Shown here piece by piece: positions 28,665 to 39,593 of a stretch of DNA of 64,000 nt (position 1 is the stretch's first letter; the number at the start of each line of letters is the position of its first letter). Location of the stretch: NCBI GenBank assembly GCA_046297835.1, contig JBKBHI010000008.1, positions 76,754-140,753 on the forward strand, read 5' to 3'. The notes below the pieces were generated by a model. It made no database searches, was not told where the DNA came from, and was given only the letters and a program-made list of their open reading frames with translations. This DNA comes from Alphaproteobacteria bacterium. Lineage in GTDB: Bacteria > Pseudomonadota > Alphaproteobacteria > SMXQ01. The position numbers and the translations under genes are program-made.

Positions 28665-30305
28665 ATGCCCAAAGGTTCGGACCTGCTCGTCGCCGCGTTG
28701 GAGAACGAGGGCGTCGAGCGCATCTTCGGCGTGCCCGGCGAGGAGAATCTCGACGTCGTCGAGAGCCTGCGCCATTCGAAGATCGAACTGGTCCTGACGC
28801 GCCACGAGCAAGCCGCCGCCTTCATGGCCGCGACCCATGGCCGCCTGACCGGCCGGCCCGGCGTCTGCATCTCCACCCTCGGCCCCGGCGCGCTGAATTT
28901 CTCCACCGGCGCGGCCTACGCCAATCTCGGCGCCATGCCGATGATCATGATCACGGGCCAGAAGGCGATTCTGTCGCGCAAGCAGGCGCAGTTCCAGATC
29001 GTCGACGTCGTCGCCTCGATGAAGCCGCTGACCAAGATGACGCGCCAGATCGTCAGCGCCGCCAGCATCCCGACCGCCGTGCGCGACGCCTTCCGCGTGG
29101 CGATGGAAGAGCGGCCCGGCCCGGTGCATCTCGAACTGCCCGAGGACGTCGCCAGCGAGGAGGCGGAAGCCGCCATCATCCCGCGCCATCCGCTCGAACG
29201 CCCTATCGCCTCGCCCGAAGCGCTCGACCGCGCCGCCGAGATGATCCTCGCGGCGAAGAATCCGCTGGTGATGATCGGCGCCGCCGGCAACCGCCCGCGC
29301 CTGGTCGAAGCCCTGTCGGAATTCATCCGCCGCTGCCGCCTGCCCTTCTTCAACACCCAGATGGGCAAGGGCGCGGTCACCGGCGGCTCGAACCTCTATG
29401 TCGGCACGGCGGCGCTCTCCGAGCGCGATTACGTGCACCACGCGATCGAGGCCGCCGATCTCATCGTCTGCATCGGCCACGACACGATCGAGAAGCCGCC
29501 GTTCCTGATGCGCCAAGCCGGCGGGCCGAAGGTGATCCATGTCGGCTACCAATCGGCCAACGTCGAGGAGGTTTATCACCCCGACGCCGAGTTGATCGGC
29601 GACATCCGCGCCAGCGCCCTCGGCCTCGCCGACCGGCTCGAAGGCAAGACCGGCGACAGCGCCTTGCTGCTCGATCTCCGCCAGAAGATCCTCGCGCGGC
29701 TCAACGACCGCGCCACCGAAGACCGCTTCCCGATCACGCCGCAGCGTATCGTGCACGACGTCCGTGCCGTCATGCCGGAGGACGGCATCGTCTGCCTCGA
29801 CAACGGCATGTATAAGATTTGGTTCGCGCGCAACTACCGCACGCACAAGGCCAACACGCTGCTGCTCGACAACGCGCTCGCCACCATGGGCGCCGGCCTG
29901 CCCTCGGCGATGATGGCCGCCATCCTCAACCCGGGCAAACGCGTCATGGCGGTGTGCGGCGACGGCGGCTTCATGATGAACTCGCAAGAGATGGAGACCG
30001 CGGTGCGCCTCGGCCTCGATCTCGTCGTCGTCATCCTCAACGACAGCGCCTATGGCATGATCCGCTGGAAGCAGGCGGTCGACGCCTTCACCGATTTCGG
30101 CATGACCTTCAAGAACCCCGATTTCGTCAAATACGCCGAGAGCTACGGCGCGAAAGGCGCGCGCGTCACCGCCGTCGCCGACCTGAAGCCGACCCTCGAA
30201 GCGGCGTTCCGCGCCGGCGGCGTGCATCTGATCGACGTGCCCATCGATTATTCCGAAAACATGCGCGTGCTCGTCGACGAGCTGCGCGGCCAATCGCTCG
30301 GCTAA
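28665..30305 (+). CDS. Thiamine-pyrophosphate enzyme, catabolic acetolactate synthase (AlsS)-like
   Basis: 546 aa. RHEQAAAFMAATHGRLTGRPGV, TPP-binding GDGGF...N, and C-terminal VPIDYSEN match the AlsS family pattern. Too short for Xsc. Confidence 0.75.
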   Translation: MPKGSDLLVAALENEGVERIFGVPGEENLDVVESLRHSKIELVLTRHEQAAAFMAATHGRLTGRPGVCISTLGPGALNFSTGAAYANLGAMPMIMITGQKAILSRKQAQFQIVDVVASMKPLTKMTRQIVSAASIPTAVRDAFRVAMEERPGPVHLELPEDVASEEAEAAIIPRHPLERPIASPEALDRAAEMILAAKNPLVMIGAAGNRPRLVEALSEFIRRCRLPFFNTQMGKGAVTGGSNLYVGTAALSERDYVHHAIEAADLIVCIGHDTIEKPPFLMRQAGGPKVIHVGYQSANVEEVYHPDAELIGDIRASALGLADRLEGKTGDSALLLDLRQKILARLNDRATEDRFPITPQRIVHDVRAVMPEDGIVCLDNGMYKIWFARNYRTHKANTLLLDNALATMGAGLPSAMMAAILNPGKRVMAVCGDGGFMMNSQEMETAVRLGLDLVVVILNDSAYGMIRWKQAVDAFTDFGMTFKNPDFVKYAESYGAKGARVTAVADLKPTLEAAFRAGGVHLIDVPIDYSENMRVLVDELRGQSLG

Positions 30306-30333
30306 TAGCCAAAGTCGTAACCAGGAGTCCCCC

Positions 30334-31713
30334 ATGCTGCAGGTCGTCCAAGCTTTCGATCGCGCGCTGATCGCGGAAATCCCCACCGACGACGCGGCCG
30401 CGCTGGAAAGGAAGCTGCAAGCGGCGCAGAAAGCCTTCGCCGACCGCGACGGCTGGCTCAAGCCGCACCAGCGCGTCGCCATCCTGCGCAAGATCGCCGC
30501 GATCATGGAGAGCCGGCGCGACCATCTCGCCCTGCAGATCGCGCGCGAGGGCGGCAAGCCGCTGGCCGACGCCATCGTCGAGACGACGCGCGCCATCGAC
30601 GGCGTGCACAACGCCGCCGACGAGCTGCGCAACCTCGTCGGCAAGGAGATCCCGATGGGGCTCAGCGCCGCGAGCGAAAGCCGCTGGGCCTTCACCACGA
30701 AAGAGCCGATCGGCATCGTCGCGGCCATCTCGGCCTTCAACCATCCCTTGAACCTGATCGTCCATCAGGTCGCGCCCGCCATCGCGGTCGGCTGCCCGGT
30801 CATCGTCAAGCCGGCCGGCCCGACGCCGCTGTCCTGCCTGGAATTCGTCGCCATCGCGCACGAGGCCGGCCTGCCCGAGCCCTGGTGCCAGAGCTTCATC
30901 GCCGAATCGACGCCGCTCGCCGAGAAGCTGGCGACCGACAACCGCGTCGCCTTCCTCAGCTTCATCGGCTCGCCGAAGATCGGCTGGATGCTGCATCACA
31001 AGCTGACGCCGGGCGCCCGCTCGGCGCTCGAGCATGGCGGCGCGGCGCCGGCCATCGTCGACGCCAGCGCCGATCTCGACCGCATCATCGAGCCCATCGT
31101 GAAGGGCGGCTATTACCACGCCGGCCAAGTCTGCGTGTCGACCCAGCGCATCTTCGTCCATGAAAGCATCCGCAAGACCTTCGTCGAGCGGCTCGAAGCG
31201 CGCGTCGCCAAGCTGCGCACCGGCGATCCGACCAAGCCAGACACCGACGTCGGCCCGCTGATCCATCCGCGCGAAGCCGAGCGCGTGACGAACTGGATCG
31301 AGGAGGCCAAATCCGAGGGCGCGACGGTGACCGGCGGCGGCCGCCTGTCTGACACTACGCTCAAGCCCGCCATCGTGCTCGACCCGCCGACCGACAGCGA
31401 CATCTCGCAAGACGAGGTCTTCGGCCCCGCCGTCTGCGTCTATAGCTACAAGACGCTCGACGAGGCCGTGGCGCGCGCCAACGCCGTCGCCTGGGCGTTC
31501 CAAGCCAGCGTCTTCGCCCAGGACATCGACGTCGCGCTGCGCGCCGCCGAGCGGCTCGACGCCTCCGCCGTCATGATCAACGACCCCACCGCCTTCCGCG
31601 TCGATTGGATGCCCTTCGCCGGCCGCAAGCAGTCGGGCTACGGCACCGGCGGCATCCCCTACACGATGCGCGACATGACGCAGGAGAAGATGATCGTGCT
31701 GCGCCGGCGCTAA
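30334..31713 (+). CDS. Aldehyde dehydrogenase family protein (NAD(P)+)
   Basis: 459 aa. ALDH glutamate/cysteine active-site regions (LEHGG-like ELGG region; catalytic Cys in the VCVSTQRIFVHE block). Confidence 0.85.
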   Translation: MLQVVQAFDRALIAEIPTDDAAALERKLQAAQKAFADRDGWLKPHQRVAILRKIAAIMESRRDHLALQIAREGGKPLADAIVETTRAIDGVHNAADELRNLVGKEIPMGLSAASESRWAFTTKEPIGIVAAISAFNHPLNLIVHQVAPAIAVGCPVIVKPAGPTPLSCLEFVAIAHEAGLPEPWCQSFIAESTPLAEKLATDNRVAFLSFIGSPKIGWMLHHKLTPGARSALEHGGAAPAIVDASADLDRIIEPIVKGGYYHAGQVCVSTQRIFVHESIRKTFVERLEARVAKLRTGDPTKPDTDVGPLIHPREAERVTNWIEEAKSEGATVTGGGRLSDTTLKPAIVLDPPTDSDISQDEVFGPAVCVYSYKTLDEAVARANAVAWAFQASVFAQDIDVALRAAERLDASAVMINDPTAFRVDWMPFAGRKQSGYGTGGIPYTMRDMTQEKMIVLRRR

Positions 31714-31743
31714 GCGCCGCCCCCTCTGCTATTGCCTAAGAAG

Positions 31744-31775
31744 AGCGGCCAGGGTTGTCCCGGGCCGCTTTTTTC
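31744..31775 (+). terminator. Rho-independent terminator after the aldehyde dehydrogenase gene
   Basis: AGCGGCC-agggttgtcccg-GGCCGCT followed by TTTTTT. Confidence 0.7.
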
Positions 31776-31777
31776 TA

Positions 31778-31814
31778 AGATATATCTTGAAGGCGATGCT
31801 TCTGAGATATATCT
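31778..31814. promoter_or_regulatory. Two copies of the 10-bp palindrome AGATATATCT (extended AGATATATCTTGA), 27 bp apart, immediately upstream of the PadR gene; putative PadR autoregulatory operators
   Basis: Read directly at 31778-31787 and 31805-31814. Followed by a 7-bp inverted repeat GTGCGTC..GACGCAC. Confidence 0.45.
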
Positions 31815-31848
31815 TGAGTGCGTCACTAACGATAGAAAGACGCACTAC

Positions 31849-32454
31849 ATGAAGTTTTCCAAACTCCATCAACGGCTTGAGCGCCACGGCATGCGCCGCG
31901 GCAGCCATTGGTCCGACCACGACAATCTCGCCGGCCCCCGCGCCGGCCGCCACGGCCCGCACAACGACAATCGCAGCAATCATGGCGGCGGCGGCCGCCG
32001 CCGCATGTTCGACAACGGCGAGTTGCGCTTGATCCTGCTGCATCTCGTCAGCGAGCAGCCGCGCCACGGCTACGACATCATCCGCGCCATCGAAGAGCTG
32101 AGCGGCGGCGCCTACGCGCCGAGCCCCGGCGTGGTCTACCCCACCCTCGCCATGCTCAGCGACATGGGCCAGCTGACCGAACAGGCTGGCGATAGCGCGC
32201 GCAAGGCTTACGCCATCGCCGACGCGGGCAAGGCGCACCTCGCCGAACACGCGAAGGCTGCAAAGGCGCTGCTCGAACGGCTCGGCGAAGCGGCCGACCT
32301 GCGCGAACGCACGGACGCGAAGCCGGTACGGCGCGCCATGCACAACCTCAAGAGCGTGCTGATGGACAAGCTCGCCGACCGGTCGGACAAGGAAATGGTC
32401 CTGAAAGCGGTCGCCCTGCTCGACGAAGCGGCGCAGAAGATCGAGAGGCTCTGA
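31849..32454 (+). CDS. PadR family transcriptional regulator
   Basis: Winged-helix PadR block LRLILLHLVSEQPRHGYDIIRAIEELSGGAYAPSPGVVYPTLAML. Start uncertain (ATG 31849 or downstream ATGs). Stop overlaps the next gene's ATG (TGATG). Confidence 0.75.
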   Translation: MKFSKLHQRLERHGMRRGSHWSDHDNLAGPRAGRHGPHNDNRSNHGGGGRRRMFDNGELRLILLHLVSEQPRHGYDIIRAIEELSGGAYAPSPGVVYPTLAMLSDMGQLTEQAGDSARKAYAIADAGKAHLAEHAKAAKALLERLGEAADLRERTDAKPVRRAMHNLKSVLMDKLADRSDKEMVLKAVALLDEAAQKIERL

Positions 32455-33275
32455 TGAACCAGATCGACCGCCTGCGCCGGCGCTTCGCAGACGAAATCGC
32501 CAGTCCTGCGCCGGACGCGGAGGGCAAGCACCAGATGCGGCGCGTGCGCCACGAGGTGCGCCGCCGCACCGTCACCGTGAGCCGAATCGAGCACCTCACC
32601 CCGCGCATGATGCGCGTGCATTTCCTCTCGCCCGAACTCAAGGATTTCGTCAGCGCGGCGCCCGACGACCATGTGAAGCTGTTCTTCTCGGGCGACCGCG
32701 ACAGCGGCAAGCCGGTGATGCGCGACTTCACGCCGCGCGCCTTCGACACCGTCGCCGGCACGCTGACCATCGACTTCGCCCTGCACGACGACGGCCCGGC
32801 GAGCGAATGGGCGCGCGAGGCCAAGGTCGGCGAGCAACTCGACATCGGCGGCCCGCGCGGCTCGCAGATCATGCCGGACGATTTCGACTGGTATCTGCTG
32901 ATCGGCGACGAGAGCGCCCTGCCCGCCATGGGCCGCCGCGTCGAGGAGCTGCGCCCCGGCGCGCCGGTGACGACGCTCGCCGTCATCGTGCATCCTTACG
33001 AGGAGCAGCGTTTCGCGACCAAGGCCGACTGGACGCCGGTCTGGCTGGCGCGCGGCGAGCCGAGCGAGGCCGACGCCGAGCTGATCCTGGCCAAGCTCGC
33101 GGATTTCGCGCCGCCGCCCGGCGACGGCTTCATCTGGATCGCCGGCGAAGCGGCCATCGCGCGCGCCTTGCGCCAATGGGCGCTCGAAACGCTGGGCCAT
33201 CCGAAAGCCTGGATCAAAGCCGCCGGCTATTGGCGGCGCGGCCAGGGCGATGGCGGCCACATCGACATCGAGTAA
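32454..33275 (+). CDS. Siderophore-interacting protein (FAD-binding ferric-siderophore reductase, ViuB/YqjH-like)
   Basis: 273 aa. FAD-binding_9 N-terminus and SIP C-terminus (IWIAGEAAIARALRQW). Confidence 0.8.
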   Translation: MNQIDRLRRRFADEIASPAPDAEGKHQMRRVRHEVRRRTVTVSRIEHLTPRMMRVHFLSPELKDFVSAAPDDHVKLFFSGDRDSGKPVMRDFTPRAFDTVAGTLTIDFALHDDGPASEWAREAKVGEQLDIGGPRGSQIMPDDFDWYLLIGDESALPAMGRRVEELRPGAPVTTLAVIVHPYEEQRFATKADWTPVWLARGEPSEADAELILAKLADFAPPPGDGFIWIAGEAAIARALRQWALETLGHPKAWIKAAGYWRRGQGDGGHIDIE

Positions 33276-33291
33276 GGCTAGCGCGCGGGGC

Positions 33292-34572
33292 TTAGAGCTC
33301 CGCGCTCCACACCTTGCGCGTGCGCGCGACGATCACGGCGAGGGCGGCGCAGACGGCGAGCAGGATGCCGCCCATCACCATGAAGCCGTGCTGGATGCCG
33401 AACGCCTCGACGATCAGCCCCATCAGGATCGGCGTGATGATCGAGGACAGGCGGTTGTTGGTGACGCGCAGGCCGACGATGGAGCCCTGCACGTTGGCCG
33501 GCACCGCCTTGGCCTGCAGCGAGAACATCAGCGGCTGCACCAGACCTTCGAACCCGCGCCGCAGGCAATGGGCGAGCGCGAGCAGCGCCAGCACCCCGCC
33601 GGTCAAGGGCGTGATCGCCAGCAGCAAGATCGACACGGCGGTGAACATCAGCATCAGCCAGGGGATCGGCATCCAGCGCGCCACGCGGCCGGCCGCGAGC
33701 GAGGCCAGGCCGTTGACGATCTCGGCGAGCGAGAACATCGCCCCTATGATGGTGCCGGCGAAGCCGACATCGCGCAAGTACACGATGAGGAACGAGTTCT
33801 CCACGCCGTTGGTGGCGTGGCGCATGAAGGAGATCGCCAGCGTGAAGGCGACCAGCGGCAGCACGATCAGGCGGAACGAGCCGACATAGTCCGACAGGCG
33901 CGGCAAGACGTCGCGCCAGCCGACTTTGCCGGAAATGCTGCCGGCGAATTGCCGGCTGTCGATCTGCGACACCGCCACGAACATCATCGCCGCCCAGACG
34001 CTGACGCCGAGGAACGAGACCGTCGGGCCGGCGAAGTCCCACAGCGCGCCCATCAGCAGCGGCGCAATGACGTTGCCGATGCGCGAGAAGAAGCTGAAGC
34101 GGCCGATCAGCCCGGGATCGCCATGGGTGATCTGGGCGATGATGGTCTGCGCGCCGATCCACGACATGTTGCCGGCGAAGCCGATCAGCATCTGCAGCAT
34201 CACCATCAGCGGAAACCACGGCATCGCCGGGTAGAGCGCCGCGAGCGCGCCGGAGACGACCGCGAAAAACAGCATGACGCGGCGCGTGCCGAGCCGGTCC
34301 ATCAGCGCGCCGCCATGGATCGCCAAGAAGAAGGTGATCATCGACTTGGCGCCGACCAGGATGCCGATCTGCGTCGGCGAGACGCCCTGAAGCACCGCCC
34401 ATAGCGGCACGACCATGGTCAGCAATTCCGCCTGGCCCATGCTGAACATGCCGGCGGCGTAGGACGCGTAAAGCGTGCGGCGGGAGGGCGGCGGCGATGC
34501 GGCGGATATGGACAAGACGGAAGCTCCAAGGCCGCGCGGGCGCCGCGGCCTTCGCGGCGCGGTCGGTTGCAT
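33292..34572 (-). CDS. MFS transporter
   Basis: 426 aa, multi-TM. Start may be internal (MFSMGQAELL). Confidence 0.75.
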   Translation of the reverse strand: MQPTAPRRPRRPRGLGASVLSISAASPPPSRRTLYASYAAGMFSMGQAELLTMVVPLWAVLQGVSPTQIGILVGAKSMITFFLAIHGGALMDRLGTRRVMLFFAVVSGALAALYPAMPWFPLMVMLQMLIGFAGNMSWIGAQTIIAQITHGDPGLIGRFSFFSRIGNVIAPLLMGALWDFAGPTVSFLGVSVWAAMMFVAVSQIDSRQFAGSISGKVGWRDVLPRLSDYVGSFRLIVLPLVAFTLAISFMRHATNGVENSFLIVYLRDVGFAGTIIGAMFSLAEIVNGLASLAAGRVARWMPIPWLMLMFTAVSILLLAITPLTGGVLALLALAHCLRRGFEGLVQPLMFSLQAKAVPANVQGSIVGLRVTNNRLSSIITPILMGLIVEAFGIQHGFMVMGGILLAVCAALAVIVARTRKVWSAEL

Positions 34573-34665
34573 ATCCCGGGGCGTCGCGGTTTTACACGCT
34601 GACGGCGTTCAGGCCAATGCTCGCGAAGGCCCGTCTCGCGACGTGAAACGCCCCTTCTTATCCCG

Positions 34666-35919
34666 ATGGCGACGGGAAATTGCTATTCTGCCTGCGCCTC
34701 CCCCGCCTTCTGCCGATCAAGCCCCGTGCGCGCTCCCGCCATCCGCCAGCTTTTCCCCAACCTGCCGTCCAAACCGCTCGCGGTGCTGCTGCTGCTCGTC
34801 TTTTTCAAACAGGCGGGCAACGGCATGGTGTGGGCGGTGCTGGCGCTCAACGGCCAGCATCTCGGGGCCAGCGCCGCCTTCGTCGGCTTCATGATCTCGT
34901 GCTATGGCGGGATGCGGCTGGTGATAAACATTCCCGCGGGATTCGCCTCCGAACGCTACGGCCGCCGCCGCATGATGAGCGCCGGCTGCGCCGTGCTCGT
35001 CGTCTCCTCGGTCTGGGTGCTGGTCACAGACGATCTCGCCTCCTTCTTCGTCGCGGTCGTGATCCAAGGCCTCGCCTCCGCGGTATTCATGACCTCGGCG
35101 CTCGCCGCGGTCGCCGACCTCGGCAGCCCAGGCCGGCGCATCGAGGACATGTCGATGTATCAAGCCGCCAACATGATCGGCTCGAGCATGGGGCCGGCGA
35201 TGGGCGGCATCCTCGCCGGCCTGTGGGGCTTCGACGCGCCGTTCTGGGCCAACGGCCTGATCGCTCTTCTCGGCATCGCCGCCTTCGCCTTCATGCCGTG
35301 GAAGGAAACCGCCGCCGGCGCGCCGCCGAAGATGCGCGCCGGCAAGGCGCAACTCGTTCTGCTCGCGCGGCGGAACGCCTATGCCGGCTTGATGTATTTC
35401 AGCATCTTCTATGTCCGCACCGCGTCGAACTGGGTGCTGATGCCGCTGATCGCCCAGGCGCGCTTCGACATGGATCTGGTGCAGATCGGCCTGATCCTGA
35501 CCGCCGGCTCCGTCGCCAACGTCGCCATGCTCGGCTTCACCGCGCGCATCGCGCGCTGGATCGGCCGCATGTGGACCGTCGTCGTCGCCAGCGTGCTGAC
35601 GCTGCTCGCCTGCGCCCTGCTGTTCTTCGGAAACGATCCGGCCTATCTCTGGGCCAGCTCGATGCTGTTCGGCGTCGGCGGCGCGATCGCCACGCCCACC
35701 CTCGTCGCCTACATCTCCGATTCGGCGCCGGAAGGGATGCGCGGCCCCGCCATGGGCCTGATGCGGACCTGCCAGGACCTCGCGCTCGTGCTCGGCCCCT
35801 TCTTCACCGGCTTGCTGTCGGATCACCTCGGCCTCGGCCTGCAAGGCGGCCTGCTCGGCTGCCTCGTATTGCTCGGCGCGGCGACAGTGGTGTTCCGCTT
35901 GGGCGAACGGCCGCGCTAG
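34666..35919 (+). CDS. MFS transporter
   Basis: 417 aa with about 12 TM helices. Exact start uncertain. Confidence 0.7.
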   Translation: MATGNCYSACASPAFCRSSPVRAPAIRQLFPNLPSKPLAVLLLLVFFKQAGNGMVWAVLALNGQHLGASAAFVGFMISCYGGMRLVINIPAGFASERYGRRRMMSAGCAVLVVSSVWVLVTDDLASFFVAVVIQGLASAVFMTSALAAVADLGSPGRRIEDMSMYQAANMIGSSMGPAMGGILAGLWGFDAPFWANGLIALLGIAAFAFMPWKETAAGAPPKMRAGKAQLVLLARRNAYAGLMYFSIFYVRTASNWVLMPLIAQARFDMDLVQIGLILTAGSVANVAMLGFTARIARWIGRMWTVVVASVLTLLACALLFFGNDPAYLWASSMLFGVGGAIATPTLVAYISDSAPEGMRGPAMGLMRTCQDLALVLGPFFTGLLSDHLGLGLQGGLLGCLVLLGAATVVFRLGERPR

Positions 35920-37172
35920 CCGGCCGGATCGAACAGGCCGCGCTCGCGCCACGGCGAGCCGCCCGCCACCGGCCGCAACGCCGGATCGGGCCGCCATATC
36001 GCCGCTTCGGCCGCCGGCATCGGCCGGCCAATGAGATAGCCCTGGGCTTGGTCGCAGCCGACCTCGCGCAGGAACGCCAGCGCCTCGGCGCTTTCCACGC
36101 CCTCCGCCGTCACCCACAGGCCGAGGCTGTGGCCGAGATCGACGACCGACTTGATGACTGCCTGCGATTCTTCCGACGCCGCGGCCGTCATGACGAAAGA
36201 GCGGTCGACCTTCATTTCCGAGAACGGCAGGCGCACGAGTTGCAGCGCCGACGAATAGCCGGTGCCGAAATCGTCGATCGACAGGCTGAAGCCCTTAAGG
36301 CGCAGCCGCGTCAGAAGATCGAGCGCCGTCACCGGATCGCGCATGGCGCTGGTCTCGGTCAGCTCGAAAATCAACCGATCAGGCGCGATGGCGCGGTCGG
36401 CGCAACGCTCGGCGATGCGGTCGGCGAAGCTGATGTCGTTCAGGCTCGAAGCCGACAGGTTGACCGACAGCGGCAGGCCGGCGCACGGCCCGTCGCACGC
36501 AGCCAGCCAATCGAGCGCCAGATCGAAGATGCGCTCGCTCAGCGAGTCGATCAGGCCGACGCGCTCGGCGAGCGGGATGAACCGGTCCGGCAGGACCAGA
36601 GTTCCGTCCGGCCGGCGCCAGCGCGCCAGACCTTCGTAGCCCGCCAACTCGCCCGTGAGGCACACGATCTTCGGCTGGAAGAACAGCTCGAACTGTTGGG
36701 CCTCGATCCCGAGCCTAATGTCCTCGACGCCGATCGACGGCCCGACGGCTACGCTCTGGACCGGCTCCGGCGTCGCCGCCGGCTTGGCGCGCAGGCAGTC
36801 GCGCAGGGCAGATGGCGCGAACGGCTTGTTCAGCACGCCGATGATGTTCAGCCCGTGCTCCGATGCCGAGCGTTGCGCGGCGCTCACCACGCGGCTGCCT
36901 GTGCCGCTCATGATGATGAGTCCGGAGCGGCAGCCGCGCATGCCGAGATTGCGCATCACCTCGATGCCGTCCATGTCGGGCAGGATCAGGTCGAGCACGA
37001 TATGGCTCGGGCGCCATTCGGCGAGCTCGCGGAAGAAATCGTCCGGGCAGGCCGCCGCCCGCCACAGGAAGCCCTCGCTCTCGGCGATGAAGCCGATCAT
37101 CTGGCTGATCGAAACGTCGTCGTCGAGCACGAGAAGCCTGCTATCGGCCCCGGCGCGGATGCGCTCAGCCAT
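35916..37172 (-). CDS. Response regulator with EAL (c-di-GMP phosphodiesterase) domain
   Basis: Start [19 protein letters not shown] (ATG at about 37172) overlaps the upstream kinase stop by 8 nt (ATGGCTGA). REC domain plus EAL motifs ([14 protein letters not shown]). Confidence 0.85.
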   Translation of the reverse strand: MAERIRAGADSRLLVLDDDVSISQMIGFIAESEGFLWRAAACPDDFFRELAEWRPSHIVLDLILPDMDGIEVMRNLGMRGCRSGLIIMSGTGSRVVSAAQRSASEHGLNIIGVLNKPFAPSALRDCLRAKPAATPEPVQSVAVGPSIGVEDIRLGIEAQQFELFFQPKIVCLTGELAGYEGLARWRRPDGTLVLPDRFIPLAERVGLIDSLSERIFDLALDWLAACDGPCAGLPLSVNLSASSLNDISFADRIAERCADRAIAPDRLIFELTETSAMRDPVTALDLLTRLRLKGFSLSIDDFGTGYSSALQLVRLPFSEMKVDRSFVMTAAASEESQAVIKSVVDLGHSLGLWVTAEGVESAEALAFLREVGCDQAQGYLIGRPMPAAEAAIWRPDPALRPVAGGSPWRERGLFDPAG

Positions 37173-39432
37173 TGTCCAGCGCCTCGCGGATCTTGCGCGC
37201 CAGTTCCTGACGGCGGTAAGGCTTGCCGAGGAAGCGCAGGCCGGCGTCGAGCCGGCCATGATGCACGATGGCGTTTTCCGTGTAGCCGGAGGTGAACAGC
37301 ACCTTGAGGCCGGGAAGCATTTCGAGAGCGCGGTCGGCAAGCTGGCGGCCGTTCATGCCGCCCGGCATGACGATGTCGGTGAACAGCAGGTCGAAGCCCG
37401 GCCGCTCGCGCAGCGCATCGAGCGCCGCCGGCCCGTTGGCGACGGCAGTCACGTCGTAGCCCAAGCCGCGCAGCATGGTCTCGGCGCTTTGGCGCACCAA
37501 CGCGTCGTCCTCGACGACGAGCAGCCGCTCATGGCCGCCCGGCGTCGCGGCGCCTTCAGCGGAGGGCGCGTCGGCGCTGGCCGGCTCGTCGACCGCGCGC
37601 GGCAGATACATCTTGATCGTCGTGCCCTGCCCAAGCTCGGAATAGATTTTCACATGGCCGTTCGACTGCTTGATGAAGCCGTAGACCATGCTGAGGCCGA
37701 GGCCGGTGCCCTTGCCGAATTCCTTGGTGGTGAAGAACGGATCGAACACTCGGTCGATGTTTTCCGGCGCAATACCGACGCCCGTGTCGGAAATCGCCAC
37801 CATCACGTAATCGCCGGGCGCCGCGCTCGGGTTGGCGGCGGCGTAATCGTCGTCCAGGCGGGCCGGCGCCGTCTCGATCGTCAAGCGCCCGCCCTTGGGC
37901 ATCGCGTCGCGCGCGTTGATGCAAAGATTGAGCACCGCGCTTTCGATCTGGCCGGGGTCGATCATCGCCTGCCAGCCGCCGCCCGCCAGCGACATCTCGA
38001 TGTCGATGTCTTCGCGCAGCGTGCGGCGGAGCAGCGCGTCCATATCGCGCAGCAATCGATCGACGTCGGTCGGTTTTGGCTGCAGCGCCTGACGGCGCGC
38101 GAAGGCGAGCAGCCGGTGCGTCAGCTCCGCGCCTCTGATCGCCGCCGTCCGTGTCATCTCCGTCAGCATCCGCAACCGGCTCTCGGCCGGCAGCGTTTCG
38201 AGCAGCAATTCCGTATTGCCGAGGATCACGGTCAGCAGATTGTTGAAATCGTGCGCCACGCCGCCGGTGAGCTGGCCGACCGATTCGAGCCGCTGCGCCT
38301 GCTCGAACTGTTCGGCGACCATCAATTTCTCGGTGATGTCGGTGTTGATCGCCAGGATCGAGCGCGGCTCCCCCGCGTCGTCGCGCACCAGCGTCCAATG
38401 GCCTTCGACGGTCATCGGCCTGCCGTCACGACGTTTTTGACGGATCTGCCCGCCCCACTCGCCATGGGCCAAAACATGGGCGCGCGCGGCCTGAAAAGGC
38501 CGGGCGTCGTCGTAGAGCAATTCGTCGATCCTCTGGCCGAGCGCCTCCTCGGCGCGCCAGCCGTACATCCGCTCCGCGCCCTTGTTCCAATAGAGAATGC
38601 GGTTGTCGAGCGAGCGGACGATGATCGCGTCGCGCGCCTGATCGAGCAGCGCCCCCTGCTGGCGCAACGTCTCGCGGTTGGTGCGGCGCTCGGTGACATC
38701 GCGGAAATACACCGCCAAACCTTCGGCCGAGGGATAGGCGTTGATCTCGAACCAAGTCTCCAGCGGCGAGTAATAAAGTTCGAAATTTTGCGCGACGCCG
38801 CTCTCGATGGCGCGCCGATATTCATCATGGAGCGACGAATCGCGCGCTTCGGGAAACTCCTCCCACACGTTCTTGCCGATTAGGTCAGCGCGGTCGCGAC
38901 GCAGGAAGCGCTGGGCTTGTCTGTTAAGGAAAGAGAACCGCCATTGGCGGTCGAGCATGTAGAAGCCGTCGCTGATGCTTTCCAGTGTCGCCGTCAGCTT
39001 CTCGGCGGTGCGGCCCAACTGGACTTCCGCGCGCTTGCGATCGTCGATGTCGATCGCCGCGCCATACCAGCGCAGCAGCCGTCCCGCGGCGTCGCGCACC
39101 GGCTTGGCGGTGATGAAATGCCAGCGATAGACGCCGTCGGCACGGCGAAACCGCGACTCCGCGGCATAATCGCGGCCCGTCTCTTGCGCCTGCAGCCATA
39201 ACGCGACGCAGCGCGGCCTGTCGTCGGGATGTTTAGCGCCGAACCAATCTTCGTTGGCGTCGCCACAACCCGGCCCGCCGAGATAGTCGTAGAAGGCGCG
39301 GTTGATGTAGGCGATCTTGCCGTCGTTTCCGACGGCGCAGACGATCTGCGGCAGAGCATCGGCAAGCTGGCGCAGATCTTCATCGTCCGCAATCGACGCC
39401 GGTCGGGATGGCTGCTGCTCGCCTTGCCTCAC
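37165..39432 (-). CDS. Hybrid sensor histidine kinase/response regulator with multiple PAS domains
   Basis: 755 aa. Three PAS-like blocks. HisKA ([11 protein letters not shown]), HATPase_c (GTGLGLSMV). C-terminal REC (LLVVEDD...[11 protein letters not shown]). Confidence 0.85.
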   Translation of the reverse strand: MRQGEQQPSRPASIADDEDLRQLADALPQIVCAVGNDGKIAYINRAFYDYLGGPGCGDANEDWFGAKHPDDRPRCVALWLQAQETGRDYAAESRFRRADGVYRWHFITAKPVRDAAGRLLRWYGAAIDIDDRKRAEVQLGRTAEKLTATLESISDGFYMLDRQWRFSFLNRQAQRFLRRDRADLIGKNVWEEFPEARDSSLHDEYRRAIESGVAQNFELYYSPLETWFEINAYPSAEGLAVYFRDVTERRTNRETLRQQGALLDQARDAIIVRSLDNRILYWNKGAERMYGWRAEEALGQRIDELLYDDARPFQAARAHVLAHGEWGGQIRQKRRDGRPMTVEGHWTLVRDDAGEPRSILAINTDITEKLMVAEQFEQAQRLESVGQLTGGVAHDFNNLLTVILGNTELLLETLPAESRLRMLTEMTRTAAIRGAELTHRLLAFARRQALQPKPTDVDRLLRDMDALLRRTLREDIDIEMSLAGGGWQAMIDPGQIESAVLNLCINARDAMPKGGRLTIETAPARLDDDYAAANPSAAPGDYVMVAISDTGVGIAPENIDRVFDPFFTTKEFGKGTGLGLSMVYGFIKQSNGHVKIYSELGQGTTIKMYLPRAVDEPASADAPSAEGAATPGGHERLLVVEDDALVRQSAETMLRGLGYDVTAVANGPAALDALRERPGFDLLFTDIVMPGGMNGRQLADRALEMLPGLKVLFTSGYTENAIVHHGRLDAGLRFLGKPYRRQELARKIREALDNG

Positions 39433-39593
39433 CGTTCCCCCTGATGATCATGAACCGATCAGGGAACTATACTAAACAAATACGGCGCGAACGGCCAGCC
39501 GCGATATCTTCTTTCCAATTGAACATGGCGCGGCAGCACAACTTTTACGTGTGATAACGCGGCTTTGACGCCGCATCTGGCGCCGCTGCGGCG

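Noticed and set aside
28665-30305. Sulfoacetaldehyde acetyltransferase (Xsc) assignment for the TPP enzyme next to SulP
   Set aside because: Protein is about 546 aa with an AlsS-like C-terminus (VPIDYSEN). Xsc is longer, about 590 aa. No taurine or sulfonate genes nearby.
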